From Centroscyllium fabricii (lineage: Eukaryota), in the NCBI GenBank assembly GCA_051313645.2, contig JBNRSN020000357.1:248001-312000 (forward strand): 64,000 bases of DNA, read 5' to 3'. Numbering within the stretch: the stretch's first letter is position 1; each line of letters starts with the position of its first letter. Below the pieces are notes generated by a model. It saw only the letters and a list, made by a program, of their open reading frames with translations, searched no databases and was not told where the DNA came from. Of this stretch, positions 49,501-60,953 are shown one piece after another. The position numbers were made by a program, and so were the translations under genes.

Positions 49501-52411
49501 TGGAGTCCAGTTGCCATTATCCCGAATAGCAAACCGGGTTAAGCATGGTGTGCAAAGTTTTAAAAGTCCGAACAAAGAGGTAATAACATTTTAATGTTGG
49601 TATTTGATAATTGTCACGCGGCTATTTTACCGGAGGGACAGCATGTTAAGTAAACTATCAACTATCAGCTTTATTTGAATCGCACATTGATGCTGAACAC
49701 ATAGACCTTAAAGTATTAACCGAATGTTCATAACTATCAGCGCAGATATATATGGGACCACAGGGGAAAGTTGTTTTGATTATAATGCATGCTTGCAACA
49801 ATTAGACATCCTGCACTTGCTTGATGATTAACTCCAGAAAGTAACATCAACAAACAACTGAATTAATTAGCAGAAAGTGAAGCCAATAGACACTATACAC
49901 GACAGCGCAGAGCGCTACCAAATCACAGCACGTTCTACTTTGCGACTTTGTAATTCCCAGCAGCCCAGCAACAATTAGTAACACTGCAGTAGGTCGACAG
50001 CAAGCGAGGTATGCCTTTGAGAAATCCCATTTCATAGAAACTCAACGCGAACAGCGGCCTCTGTTGATGGGTTTCTACTTACAAGTTATTCAGGGGGGAA
50101 AGTACTATGTGAGCCCAATTGTTCCCTTTCTCTCCATTTCCAGATTTTACAGGCAGATATAATTCAGACTTCTTCTAGTAATAGAATGGATGAGATGTCG
50201 TTCTGTGGAACGTTTGCTGTAGAAAGAACACACAGTTGTGATTTGTCAACAGTATTAAAACCAATATTTTTTTTCAGTCTAACAGACGTAGTTTTCTCTA
50301 AACTCGATTCAGTTCCAGGATGTCGCCAATACTTAGCTCCTACATTATTTTATCAGAACAGTAGGAGTTCCGATTTATCCAGATTATGGATGCAAGCCAT
50401 TTGTTCAATTATATGGCATGCCGACCGATGCATATATATTGCAAACAGCTTGTTTCTCATTTACAATTTGGACATTCACAGTAAAATCGTGGAAAGTGGA
50501 GCTTTCTTTGAAATTTACTGCCACATTCAGTATTTTAAGCATTAAGTTTTCATCGTGAATTAGTTCATTATCATAATTGAATGACATCTTCTATCTCAAA
50601 TTGAAATATAATGTAACTCAGCTCACTATTTCGATTGATCGTAATACTTTCTAGAAACCTTAAGGCAACACAACATTAGGTCATCATATTATTTCAGATT
50701 TCCAGCATCCGCAATATTTTGCTATTGTATTAGGTTATACTATATTGTGCGAAGATAGGGCAAATTAAGTTTTATACATGGTTCATTTTAAAGTGACATT
50801 CTTTTAATACGGTGAGATTCGAATTTCTCAGTAAACGCTGACACAAAGCAGAACGTGTATAATAGATATTTGTGTTTAGTGCACGTTTCGTAAAACAAAA
50901 AGAACAATCCAGTTAGCCTCGCCCTACCTCATTAGATCATGCTTTTAATTATGTTTGCCTGCGCCAAAGCTTTTTTTGGCTAATATGATGACGCCGAAGT
51001 TAAGATCACTTTAATGCACCAGACAAAACCTGTAAAAATACAGATAAGGTGAAACAGAAGGCAATATTCTGCTGATCATCACAGCAGTGACGATCAAACC
51101 TTCATTCCCAGCACTGCATTCTGGATCATTACTGATAATAGACACGGTATTAATGTTGGCATCTTCACATTTCACCCTGTATTGTGGAATATCTCTTTAC
51201 ATTTCAATAAAAAAAAGGATATTTCAATAATAGATTCCTGGAGCATTCCAGTGTATAAAGCACTCTGCTTTTCGGTTAGAGTTCAGAAAGCCTTAAATCG
51301 AAACCTAAAGTATCAACCAGGTCAACGCTTATCAAAACGACGTTCTCCTTGTGTTAAGGTTTTGGATGAAAAACTGTGGTAAATTTAGAAAATTAACATC
51401 TTATGCACTGGTAAATACAACCTTTTGCAATACAAAGGATTTCGGCTGTAAAGGCAATCTCTCCACACAACGTACACGGACAGAGGTGCACTGCCCACCT
51501 CCACTTATGTTGACCCTTGCTATGTTTTTCAAAATTGTTGCAAAGTCTCTTAATTGAAGCACTGTATCTTGTAATAATAATGCTAAATCTGTCTCTTTAA
51601 ATAATTCCTAATTTCATACCTCTGGGAGAGTGCGTTAATTTGACATAAATCAATAATTTAAAGCTGACTTTAAAGAATTTTTAATGAAAAGATAGTTCTT
51701 CAATTAAAGAAACAAGTGAAAGATACATTAGTCGGATGTATGAAAAGCCCGGGAAAGGATTAAATCCTTTCTAACAAAGAGTCGAAGTGATTTGTTCAGT
51801 TTAAAAGCTTCAAAGAACTGCGTAGTCGCATGACTCAAATATTGCCTGTTTACAGCATCGCCTACGGGTTACAGATTTCTCAAAGCAACTTTGAGCAATG
51901 GATTATGCTAAATATTTAGAAATGATTTAGATATTTGCTACGTTTGACTTAAGTGAGCAAAATACACCGAAAAGAAACATAAAGCAAGCAACCAGCTGTT
52001 GAAATTGGCTTCAAGCTTGGAAATGAAACTATATCGAATCTATAGCAGAGATAGGCCATTCGGCCCAGCCAGTCTGTGCTGTAGTTTATACTCCACACGT
52101 TTCAATAGCTATGTTTAAAAACGCTTCCCTTCCAAATAATTCGCTAGCTGAAGACTTTTCTTTTCAGAAGGATCTGTTTTTAGGTTGACATCCTTATGCG
52201 TACTTATTAAACGCAAATATATATATTTAAAGTTTTGGTCCAATATTTGCAGTTCCGAGTTCGCCCATTCAGCAAAACTGTTTTCTGTTTTTCCTGTATT
52301 TTACACTTTGAGGCTTTCAAACATCAATAAAGACTACATATCTTCCCAATTTCAGAATCGTCTTGAGTTAGAGCTGTATTCAGTCTACCCATATATATCT
52401 CTGTCATAAAT

Positions 52412-52510
52412 AACAACAGAAAATGCTGGAAACACTCAGCAGGTCAGGTAGCATCGAGGAGAGAGAAACCGAGTTAACGTTTTAGGTCGAGGAGCCTTCC
52501 TCACAACTGG
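52412..52510 (-). mobile_element. Old Penelope-derived short repeat with a decayed hammerhead
   Basis: Minus strand GTGAGGAAGG..TCGACC-TAAAACGTTAAC...GATGCTACCTGACCTGCTGAG..TTCCAGCATTTTCTG, similar to 27357-27440. Confidence 0.5.
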
Positions 52511-53160
52511 GTGGAATAAGTCGGAACCGGAGACAGTTGCTGAGGAAAGACATGCGGCTGTGAAAAGGAGTCTTGGCAAATACCTGATCAAACAGCATTT
52601 TGCTATTGTATATCTGTCATGTCGTATAAGGATCGATAGCTACTGAAAATATAACAAACCATTTTCACATTATTGGTGCATTGTGGTTACGATTGAACTT
52701 CACTGAACTCGGAATATGTGAATGCAGTGTTATTGAATAATAATTCCGAATTCTAATCGGGTTAGTCAAAATGTGTTTATTGCAACTTCTATCTTTCCAT
52801 AATTGTACAAGGAGCACATTATACATATTTGAGCAAACACTGACATGTAATAGTGCAGAAATCATAGTTACTGTCCTTTAAGTATGGTCAGTGCCACCCC
52901 CGCCAGGAACCAAAGCGAAAGCACGGAGAGTAAAGCTGACCAATGACTGACCATTGAACTGAAGGGATATTAGAAGCCTGCCATTGGTTACTGTTTGATA
53001 GATTTGGCATGCACTATTTGGATGATTTATTTTTTGCCAGATCCAAGTTAACTCAAGTATACCATTTAATACAAACTTAAATATAATACTAATAGGATTG
53101 ATATTCATCACACTTTAAAAAACACCACAGCTTACTTGATTGACTTCTGCAGAGGGGCTT

Positions 53161-53303
53161 AGAGTCATAGAGTAATACAGCACAGAAAGAGGCCCTTCGG
53201 CCCATCGCGTCCGTGCCGCCCATCAATCCCAGTCTATACTAATCCCATTTTCCCGCATTTGGTCCGTAGCCTTGTATAGAGTCATAGAGTAATACAGCAC
53301 AGG
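53161..53303 (-). mobile_element. CR1/HER1-type 3' tail fragments
   Basis: AGAGTCATAGAG repeats plus the GGCCCTTCGGCCC stem-loop typical of shark CR1/HE1 3' ends. Confidence 0.55.
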
Positions 53304-53359
53304 AAGACTTGTATTCCATCCTTTTTAGATTTACTGTCAGTGGTGGGGACATCATGTTC

Positions 53360-53743
53360 AGTAAGCTGGAGGTTCAAGTTCCACTCCAGAGAAGCAGACA
53401 GACTAGGTTGACACTGCAGTGCCATACTGAGGGAGTGAGGCACTGTCCGCGCTGCAGTCTATTGGAAGCTCCCACAGGTAGAGGTAAAAGATCCCATGGC
53501 ACTATTTGGAAAAAGAGCAGGGGAGATATTCCCAGTATCCTGGCCAATATTTATCCCTCAATCAACATCAAAAACAGATTATTTTGTCATTATTGCTGTT
53601 TGTGGGAGCTTGCTGTGCGCAAACAGACTGCTGCGTTTCCTACATTACAACAGTGACTACACTTCAAAAGCACTTCATTGACTGTAAAGTGTTCTAGGAG
53701 GTCCTCATGTCGTGAAAAGCGCACGATATAAATGCAAGTCTTT
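53360..53743 (+). mobile_element. DeuSINE (SacSINE1-like) copy; a 3' tail fragment also lies at ~56936-57043
   Basis: Box B-like GGTTCAAGTTCC, body ACTGAGGGAG...GATCCCATGGCACTATTT...CCTGGCCAATATTTATCCCTCAA, and tail TATAAATGCAAGTCTTTC. Confidence 0.7.
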
Positions 53744-53859
53744 CAAGCCTTTCCTTCAGATTTGATTGGAACACTAAAAAGACTAAATCCACAATCAAAC
53801 GCGTTCTAATGCAAGAAGTCACACAACACCAGGTTATAGTCCAACAGTTTTATTTTAAA

Positions 53860-53897
53860 TCACAAGCTTTCGGAGCTTCTGCCCCTTCGTCAGGTAA
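53860..53897 (-). ncRNA. Minimal hammerhead ribozyme motif (PLE 2, left arm; intact core)
   Basis: UUAC-CUGACGA-A-GGGGC-AGAA-GCUCC-GAAA-GC-UU-GUGA. Confidence 0.78.
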
Positions 53898-54883
53898 AAG
53901 AGAAACTGACTTAAAGAACGCACATATGGGAGGAAGAGAGAAATCCGATCTCTCCCACATCTCACCTTAGCAGAGATAGACAGAGCACACAAAGGCGTAT
54001 TAACATATTTTAACACATCAGTCTGAGATCAATGAGGCACAGTCACAAGGGGTCAAATGCTGCAAAACACACAGAATGATTTAAAAAAAAGGAATTTCCT
54101 TACAAGACAAAGATGTCTCTAGTCTGGATGACTCTACATCAGGCAGGGTCACATGTAACGTGACATGAAGCCAATATCACGGTTGAGACCGTCCTCATGG
54201 GTGCGGAATTTGGCTATCAGCCTCTGCTCGATGATTTTGCGTTGTCGTGTGTCTCGAAGGCCGCCTTGGAGAATGCTTACCTGAAGATCGGAGGCTGAAT
54301 GTCCTTCACTGCTGAAATGTTCCCCGACTGGGAGGGAACACTCCTGCCTGGCAATTGTTGTGTGGTGTCCGTTCATCCGTTGTCGAAGTGTCTGCATGAT
54401 CTCGCCGATGTACCATGCCCCAGGGCATCCTTTCCTGCAACGTATGAGGTAGACAACATTGGTCGAGTTACATGAGTATATGTACCATGTACCTGGTGTG
54501 TGGTGTCCTCACGTGTGATGATGGTATCTGTGCTGATGATTTGGCACATTTTGCAGAGGTTGCTGTGGCAGGGTTGTGTGGTGTCATGGTTGCTGTTCTC
54601 CTGAAGGCTGGGTAATTTGCTGCGAACGATAGTCTGTTTGAGGTTAGGTGGCTGTTTGCAGCCACCTAACAAGACATCTTTGTCTTGTAAGGAAATTCCT
54701 TTAAAAAAAAATCATTATGTGTGTTTTGCAGCATTTGACCCCTTGTAACTGTGCCTCATTGATCTCAGACTGATGTGTTAAAATACGCCTTTGTGTGCTC
54801 TGTCTATCTCTGCTAAGGTGAGATGTGGGAGATCAGATTTCTCTCTTCCTCCCATATGTGCGTTCTTTAAGTCAGCTTCTCTT

Positions 54884-54921
54884 TCACCTGACGAAGGGGC
54901 AGAAGCTCCAAAAGCTTGTGA
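54884..54921 (+). ncRNA. Minimal hammerhead motif (PLE 2, right arm; GAAA>AAAA, predicted inactive)
   Basis: UCAC-CUGACGA-A-GGGGC-AGAA-GCUCC-AAAA-GC-UU-GUGA. The catalytic G12 is replaced by A. Confidence 0.65.
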
Positions 54922-55445
54922 TTTAAAATAAAACTGTTGGACTATAACCTGGTGTTGTGTGACTTCTTGCATTTGTCCACTCCAGTCCAACACCGGCACC
55001 TCCACATCAAACGCGTTTTAAGATATACATTTAACAATCCATATGGAGGCTGTTGAAAACACATTGATCGGTACAAGTAGCTAGAAAACTTAGAAACATT
55101 AATAAGTGTTCAGCTGACCTAATTTTGAAATCAAAAGCAAAACTAGAATATCTGGTGCGGAGAAGAGGCGAAACTCCTTCCTTCATTAATGTTATCGAAA
55201 ACGCGAATGACAATTAAAAGGTGATGGGATGGATGCAAAAATCGCCAACGGCCTATTTTTCCTGTTTAGCATTACACTCTTAGGCTTTTGTGTTCCCAAG
55301 GTTTTATTAAGAGTCTCTTAATTTCGGACAAATGGATTCAAGTTTTAGGAAAACGAGAAAATGTTGCCTCTTTAAGTGTTAAACTATAATCATTTAATTG
55401 CCAACGCTTTCCAAAAAATGAGGCGATTTCCCTGGGATTTAATAT

Positions 55446-55548
55446 AATGTGGAGGTGCCGGTGTTGGACTGGGGTGGACAAATGCAAGAAGTCACACAAC
55501 ACCAGATTTATAGTCCAACGGTTTTATTTTAAATCATTATGTGTGTTT
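55446..55548 (-). mobile_element. Micro-insertion of the PLE 3' terminus
   Basis: Matches the PLE 2 sequence from the hammerhead 3' strand to the tail, plus a ~15-nt inverted piece. 13-bp TSD TGGGATTTAATAT at 55433-55445 and 55549-55561. Confidence 0.8.
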
Positions 55549-56484
55549 TGGGATTTAATATGACATAGAATGGGATGATTACGGTTAACATTTGCCATCG
55601 GGAAAAAAGCAAAATACTAGCAGAGTCAGCACTCGAGCTGGTACCTTGTTCTCTCAGCGCTGAGCTCACGTTACTGAAACTTTTCATATTAGCATTCGGC
55701 CACATCTCTGTTATTGACAAACACACGTGCCACGGTTTTCAGATTCTGTCCTGACAATAAATGCACTGTTGGACGCAACGAGAGAAGTTTCCTGTCTCCC
55801 CCTCTTGTGCTGAGGTGGGTAACTTCTTGAGGCAAGTAGAAGGATGTGTTGTCATGGGATACACGCCACACTTATTAAAGTGCTCTTTCTGTTTTCCTGA
55901 AACTTGCAGCATCAATGATAATTGTGGACGGACGGTTGTCCTCGGAGTTTTGGAGGAAACTGGAGGACTGCCACAAGCGGCATGAATAATGCCACCGGTG
56001 TGAGTGAGATGGCATTGTTTACTTATGCCCTCCCGGTAATGCCAACTACACCGCTGTTACACATGTAATAGTGGCCTGAATTAAGCCTGAATTTTAGTAC
56101 CATATCCAGGACACTATCTTGCTGGACGATATTTTGGTGCCGATGCTGCACCGTTATTTGTGACTGTTGTTAAAGATACCAGCTATAGACTGGTAAATGT
56201 AGACTGTGATGTCCAGCTGGTAGACTTAACTTTTCCTGCCGACTGCTCGTTGCATTGAGCTAAATGACAATAGAATGTTACACAGTTTTCTACTCCTTGG
56301 TTAAATTTCCCAATCCTCTGTTGATACCATGACATTGTGACATCACGATATACACCAAAGTTGCACTGTGCTTATCCAGTAGTAAAATGGCTGGTTGGGT
56401 CAACTCTGACAATCCAACAGTGGGTAAGCATTACTGATGTTGGTTCCATAACACTGGGCAAAACCTTTGATCCAGCGATCTGCT

Positions 56485-56730
56485 AAACATAGAAACATAG
56501 AAACTAGGAGCAGGAGTAGGCCATTCGGCCCTTCGAGCCTGCTCCGCCATTCAATGAGATCATGGCTGATCATCCAAACCCAGTACCCTGTCCCTGCCTT
56601 GTCCCCATATCCCTCGATCCCTATCGACACATAACCCACCCTATCCCCGTCACCCCACATATTCAATCCCCCTAACACTAAGGGTCAATTTATCATGGCC
56701 AATCAACCTAACCCGCACATCTTTGGACTG
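56485..56730 (-). mobile_element. HE1-like SINE / HER1 3' tail
   Basis: (AAACATAG)n tail, GGCCATTCGGCCC stem-loop and CAATTTATCATGGCCAATCAACCTAACC...CACATCTTTGGACTG body. Confidence 0.65.
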
Positions 56731-57670
56731 GGGTCTGGTATCCTCTAAAGTTTGCAGCATGTACACACATATATTCAAACAGGATGATATGGCTGGCAGA
56801 ATTGAGGCACATCAAGCATGTCAACTCGAGGAGCTGTGATTCACCACAGTAAGTAAATATAGCAGGGCACTACATATTTAGGTTCTGGAAAGCTACTAGT
56901 AATGAACTTTATAAGATGACTATAATTCTATAATTACTACATTACAACAGTGACTACACTTCAAAAAAGTATTTCATAGGCTGTAAAGCGCTTTGGGATG
57001 TTCGGTGGTCATGAAGGGTGCTATATAAATGCAAGTCTTTCTTTATAATTTAAAAGTGAAGCATTGTCATTTGGAATTGTGTGTATATGAAAGGGAAGAT
57101 ATGCATCAGTGGAAGGGTATTGCCATCTCTGATGGTGCTACAAATGGCCAATATAATTGTACTACTCTGTGAAGATCTCATAACAAATCAAAGTTTAGAA
57201 CCAATCTGGCAGGCTCGATGAGCCGAATGGTCTACTCCTGCTACTATTTCTTAAGTTCTGACATCTGCATTGTAAACATAATGGTGGTGTTTCTGATGCC
57301 TGGTGAAATGTGTAAAACAAATCAGGCTCATATCTGAATTCAAATACGTTTTAATCCCTATTATTTAACATTTTTGGAATCCATTCATATTGTCATCTTC
57401 AGAAAATTATTCCCAAAAATGAAGTGTAAGATCCTCCAGAGCATCTTGATCCCCAAGTGGTGTGTAGCAGATTCACCACATGCAAGTTTTACAGTGTAAC
57501 TTTTAACCAGCAAAACCCCTGTTGGTGGCAAATCTAATGTGGAAATTCAAGGTTTAAAGTTCTTATTAGCGGAGTTATAAAACCAGGATGGAAAAGGATA
57601 TAACCTTCTGCTCTTCCCATTTACTTTGAAGCAGCATAGGTTAGCATAAGAAAAGCCTTAATTTAATTTA

Positions 57671-60600
57671 CATAGAATTAAATAGAATGTACAGCACAGA
57701 AACCGGCCATTCGGCCCAATGGGCCCATGCCAGTGTTTATGCTCCAAACGAGCCTCCTCCCACCCCTTTTCATCTAATACTATCAGTATAACCTTCAATT
57801 TCTTTCTCCCTCATGTGTTTATTTAGCTTTCCCTTAATTGCATCCACGCTATTTGTCTCAACTACTCCATGTGGTAGCGAATTCCATATTCTAACTGCTG
57901 TCTGGATAAAGAAGTTCCTCCTGGATTCCCTATTGGATTGATTGGTGACTATCTTATATGTATGGCCCCAGTTTTAACTCCCCCACAAGTGGAAACATTT
58001 TCTCTACGTTTACCCTATCAAACCCTTTCATAATTTTAAAGACCTCTATCTGTCACAGGGTGCCTTTCCCTTTAAGGATTCAAGACAGCTAGGTTGTGTG
58101 CAGCACACCTGTTTTGAAGACTTGTTCCCCTTGTTATTCTATTATTATATCAATTATCGGTTTCACATGCCTGTGTGTTCCTGGTTCTCATTGCCTGCAG
58201 CTTATTGGCTAACACTAAAATATCTGTTTGCCGGTTTGGCTCATAAGCTGGAGGTTTTGACCAGGCAGGTGCGGGATCATTGGATTCATTAGACTTTCTA
58301 CAAACTACTGGAAGAAGTGGTTGCTGTTCTGAGCTGCTGGAGAGGCAATGGGTTTGGGAGTTCCATTGCTCAGCCTGGACATTGCACTCTGCCACCTGAA
58401 GCTCAGGTTTGGACATTCATCTGTTGAGTAAGGGCATTCCCCTGCTAGTGGATCAGGTATTCTCACTCCCGTGAACCCCATTGGGTTAAGTCCCCGCGGA
58501 AGAGCGGACGATGAAGAGATCCAGAATCTACTCCTTGGACATTGGTCGTTATCACCCGAACTGAGGTTTGGACGTTTCAGTAGGGTATGTGAGGAGTCTC
58601 AATGTTTAAGGATGGATTCTCTCCTTCTGAAGACTCTGAAGAGATGGGTTCCAGCTGTAAGGCGGACTCTGGGAGAGTTCCATTACTTATCCAGGACATT
58701 GCTCGCACCCACCTGTATTTCAGGCTTGGACATGTATTTCTCTACTCAATGATGCGCTTGGCTGCGTAGCATTCCACACAACTTTGGGAAGTTTGGTACC
58801 AGTTCTGAAGGGACTTGTTTTCTATTTCTATCTTTGTATTTTGCAACTGTAATAAGCTTGTGCCAGTTTTCTATCGAAGACTTGTTTAGATGTGTATATA
58901 TTTGGGTATGTATGGATGCACTTATGAGGGTTTTGTTACTTATATTTCTATAAAGGAGTTCTATGTCTAAAAAGCTGTTTCAGTGTCATTGCATTTGGGC
59001 CCCACCACACTCCGTTACAGAATGATCCCGCCAGATTTGGGGCCCAGCAGACACTGAAGCGTCTAGCACTCCTTAAATTGCTTTATTCCTGGAGGACGGT
59101 TGGTCCCTCCTCCGTACCCCTCCACCCACCCTATTCCGGCTTTTTGGGTATTTGGGCCGTCAGCAGTCGTCCCTTTAAGGGGGGGTTCTGTCACAGGGTG
59201 CCTTTTCCTTTAAGGATTCAAGACAGCTAGGTTGTGTGCAGCACACCTGTTTTGAAGACTTGTTCCCCTTGTTATTCTATTATTATATCAATTATCGGTT
59301 TCACATGCCTGTGTGTTCCTGGTTCTCATTGCCTGCAGCTTATTGGCTAACACTAAAATATCTGTTTGCCGGTTTGGCTCATAAGCTGGAGGTTTTGACC
59401 AGGCAGGTGCGGGATCATTGGATTCATTAGACTTTCTACAAACTACTGGAAGAAGTGGTTGCTGTTCTGAGCTGCTGGAGAGGCAATGGGTTTGGGAGTT
59501 CCATTGCTCAGCCTGGACATTGCACTCTGCCACCTGAAGCTCAGGTTTGGACATTCATCTGTTGAGTAAGGGCATTCCCCTGCTAGTGGATCAGGTATTC
59601 TCACTCCCGTGAACCCCGTTGGGTTAAGTCCCCGCGGAAGAGCGGACGATGAAGAGATCCAGAATCTACTCCTTGGACATTGGTCGTTATCACCCGAACT
59701 GAGGTTTGGACGTTTCAGTAGGGTATGTGAGGAGTCTCAATGTTTAAGGATGGATTCTCTCCTTCTGAAGACTCTGAAGAGATGGGTTCCAGCTGTAAGG
59801 CGGACTCTGGGAGAGTTCCATTACTTATCCAGGACATTGCTCGCACCCACCTGTATTTCAGGCTTGGACATGTATTTCTCTACTCAATGATGCGCTTGGC
59901 TGCGTAGCATTCCACACAACTTTGGGAAGTTTGGTACCAGTTCTGAAGGGACTTGTTTTCTATTTCTATCTTTGTATTTTGCAACTGTAATAAGCTTGTG
60001 CCAGTTTTCTATCGAAGACTTGTTTAGATGTGTATATATTTGGGTATGTATGGATGCACTTATGAGGGTTTTGTTACTTATATTTCTATAAAGGAGTTCT
60101 ATGTCTAAAAAGCCGTTTCAGTGTCATTGCATTTGGGCCCCACCACACTCCGTTACACTATCAGGTCACCCCTCAGTCTTCTCTTTTCAGTCTTTCCTGG
60201 TAGGTATAATCTCTTAGTACTGATATCATCCTTGTATTTTTTTTGCACCTTCTCCATTGCCTCTATATCGTTTTTATAATGTGGAGACCAAAACAGTGCA
60301 CAATACTTTAAGTGTGGTCTAACCAAGGTTCTATATACGTTTAACATAACTTCTCTGCTTTTCAATTCTATCCCTTTGGCAATGAACCCTAGTGCTTTGT
60401 TTGCTTTTTTTAGGGCCTTATTAACTGGTGTTGGTACTTTTAGTGATTTGTGTATCTGTACCCCAAATGCCTTAGCCAACTACATGCCCATTCTGCAAGT
60501 TTATTAATGTATTCTTGTAAAATGTTGCAATCCTTCTCACTATTAGCTATACCTCACAATTTGGTATCGGCCACAAATTTGGAAATTGTACTTCTGATTC

Positions 60601-60690
60601 CTGAGTCCAAATCATTTATGTTAATGGTGAAAACCGTGTTCCCAGCACTGATTCCTGTGGAACACCACTTCGCAGCTTTTGCCAGTCTGT
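57671..60690 (-). mobile_element. CR1 LINE 3' part, interrupted by LTR element D
   Basis: ORF 60153-60479 (KANKALGFI...YRTLVRPHLKYC..FWSP...RRLRGDLI) continues as EVFKIMKG across the insertion. CR1 3' stem-loop and tail at ~57671-57720. Confidence 0.85.
58051..60157 (+). mobile_element. Non-autonomous LTR element D (TRIM-like: two 969-bp LTRs and a 169-bp non-coding core)
   Basis: LTRs 58051-59019 and 59189-60157 (TG...CA), with only 3 differences seen by eye. Perfect TSD CTATC; PPT AAGGGGGGG at ~59177-59185. Confidence 0.93.
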
Positions 60691-60953
60691 AAAGTGACCC
60701 TGTTTTGTTTTGTTTTGTAGCCAGCTTGCTGTCTATATATGAACTTACAATGCATTCTGATGTTTTTGATGGTGTGCTACTGAGCCATACATGTCATAAA
60801 AATCTCAATATTAATCCCTAGTCTGTACAGAGTTAGCCATTCACAATTAAGGTCATAATTGGAAATAGTACAATAAATTGCAATATCTTGAGCAAAAGTG
60901 CGAAAAATTGATGAACCTCCCAACTTAGTCACTATCCAGTAATCTAAGATGAA

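Larger units (their letters stand above)
53810..55005. mobile_element. Penelope-like element (PLE) 2: inverted pseudo-LTRs around a GIY-YIG endonuclease fragment
   Basis: Arms ~53810-54119 and ~54672-54972 are reverse complements. The minus-strand centre reads PCHSNLCKMCQII...(frameshift)...CNSTNVVYLIRC...WYIGE...LRQRMNGH...HF...EQRLIAKFRTHEDGLNRD. TSD ATCAAACGCGTT(C/T)TAA at 53794-53809 and 55006-55021. Confidence 0.9.

Noticed and set aside
58098-59890. Tandemly duplicated small ORFs (64, 88 and 93 aa)
   Set aside because: They are the two copies of the LTR of element D and have no protein motifs.
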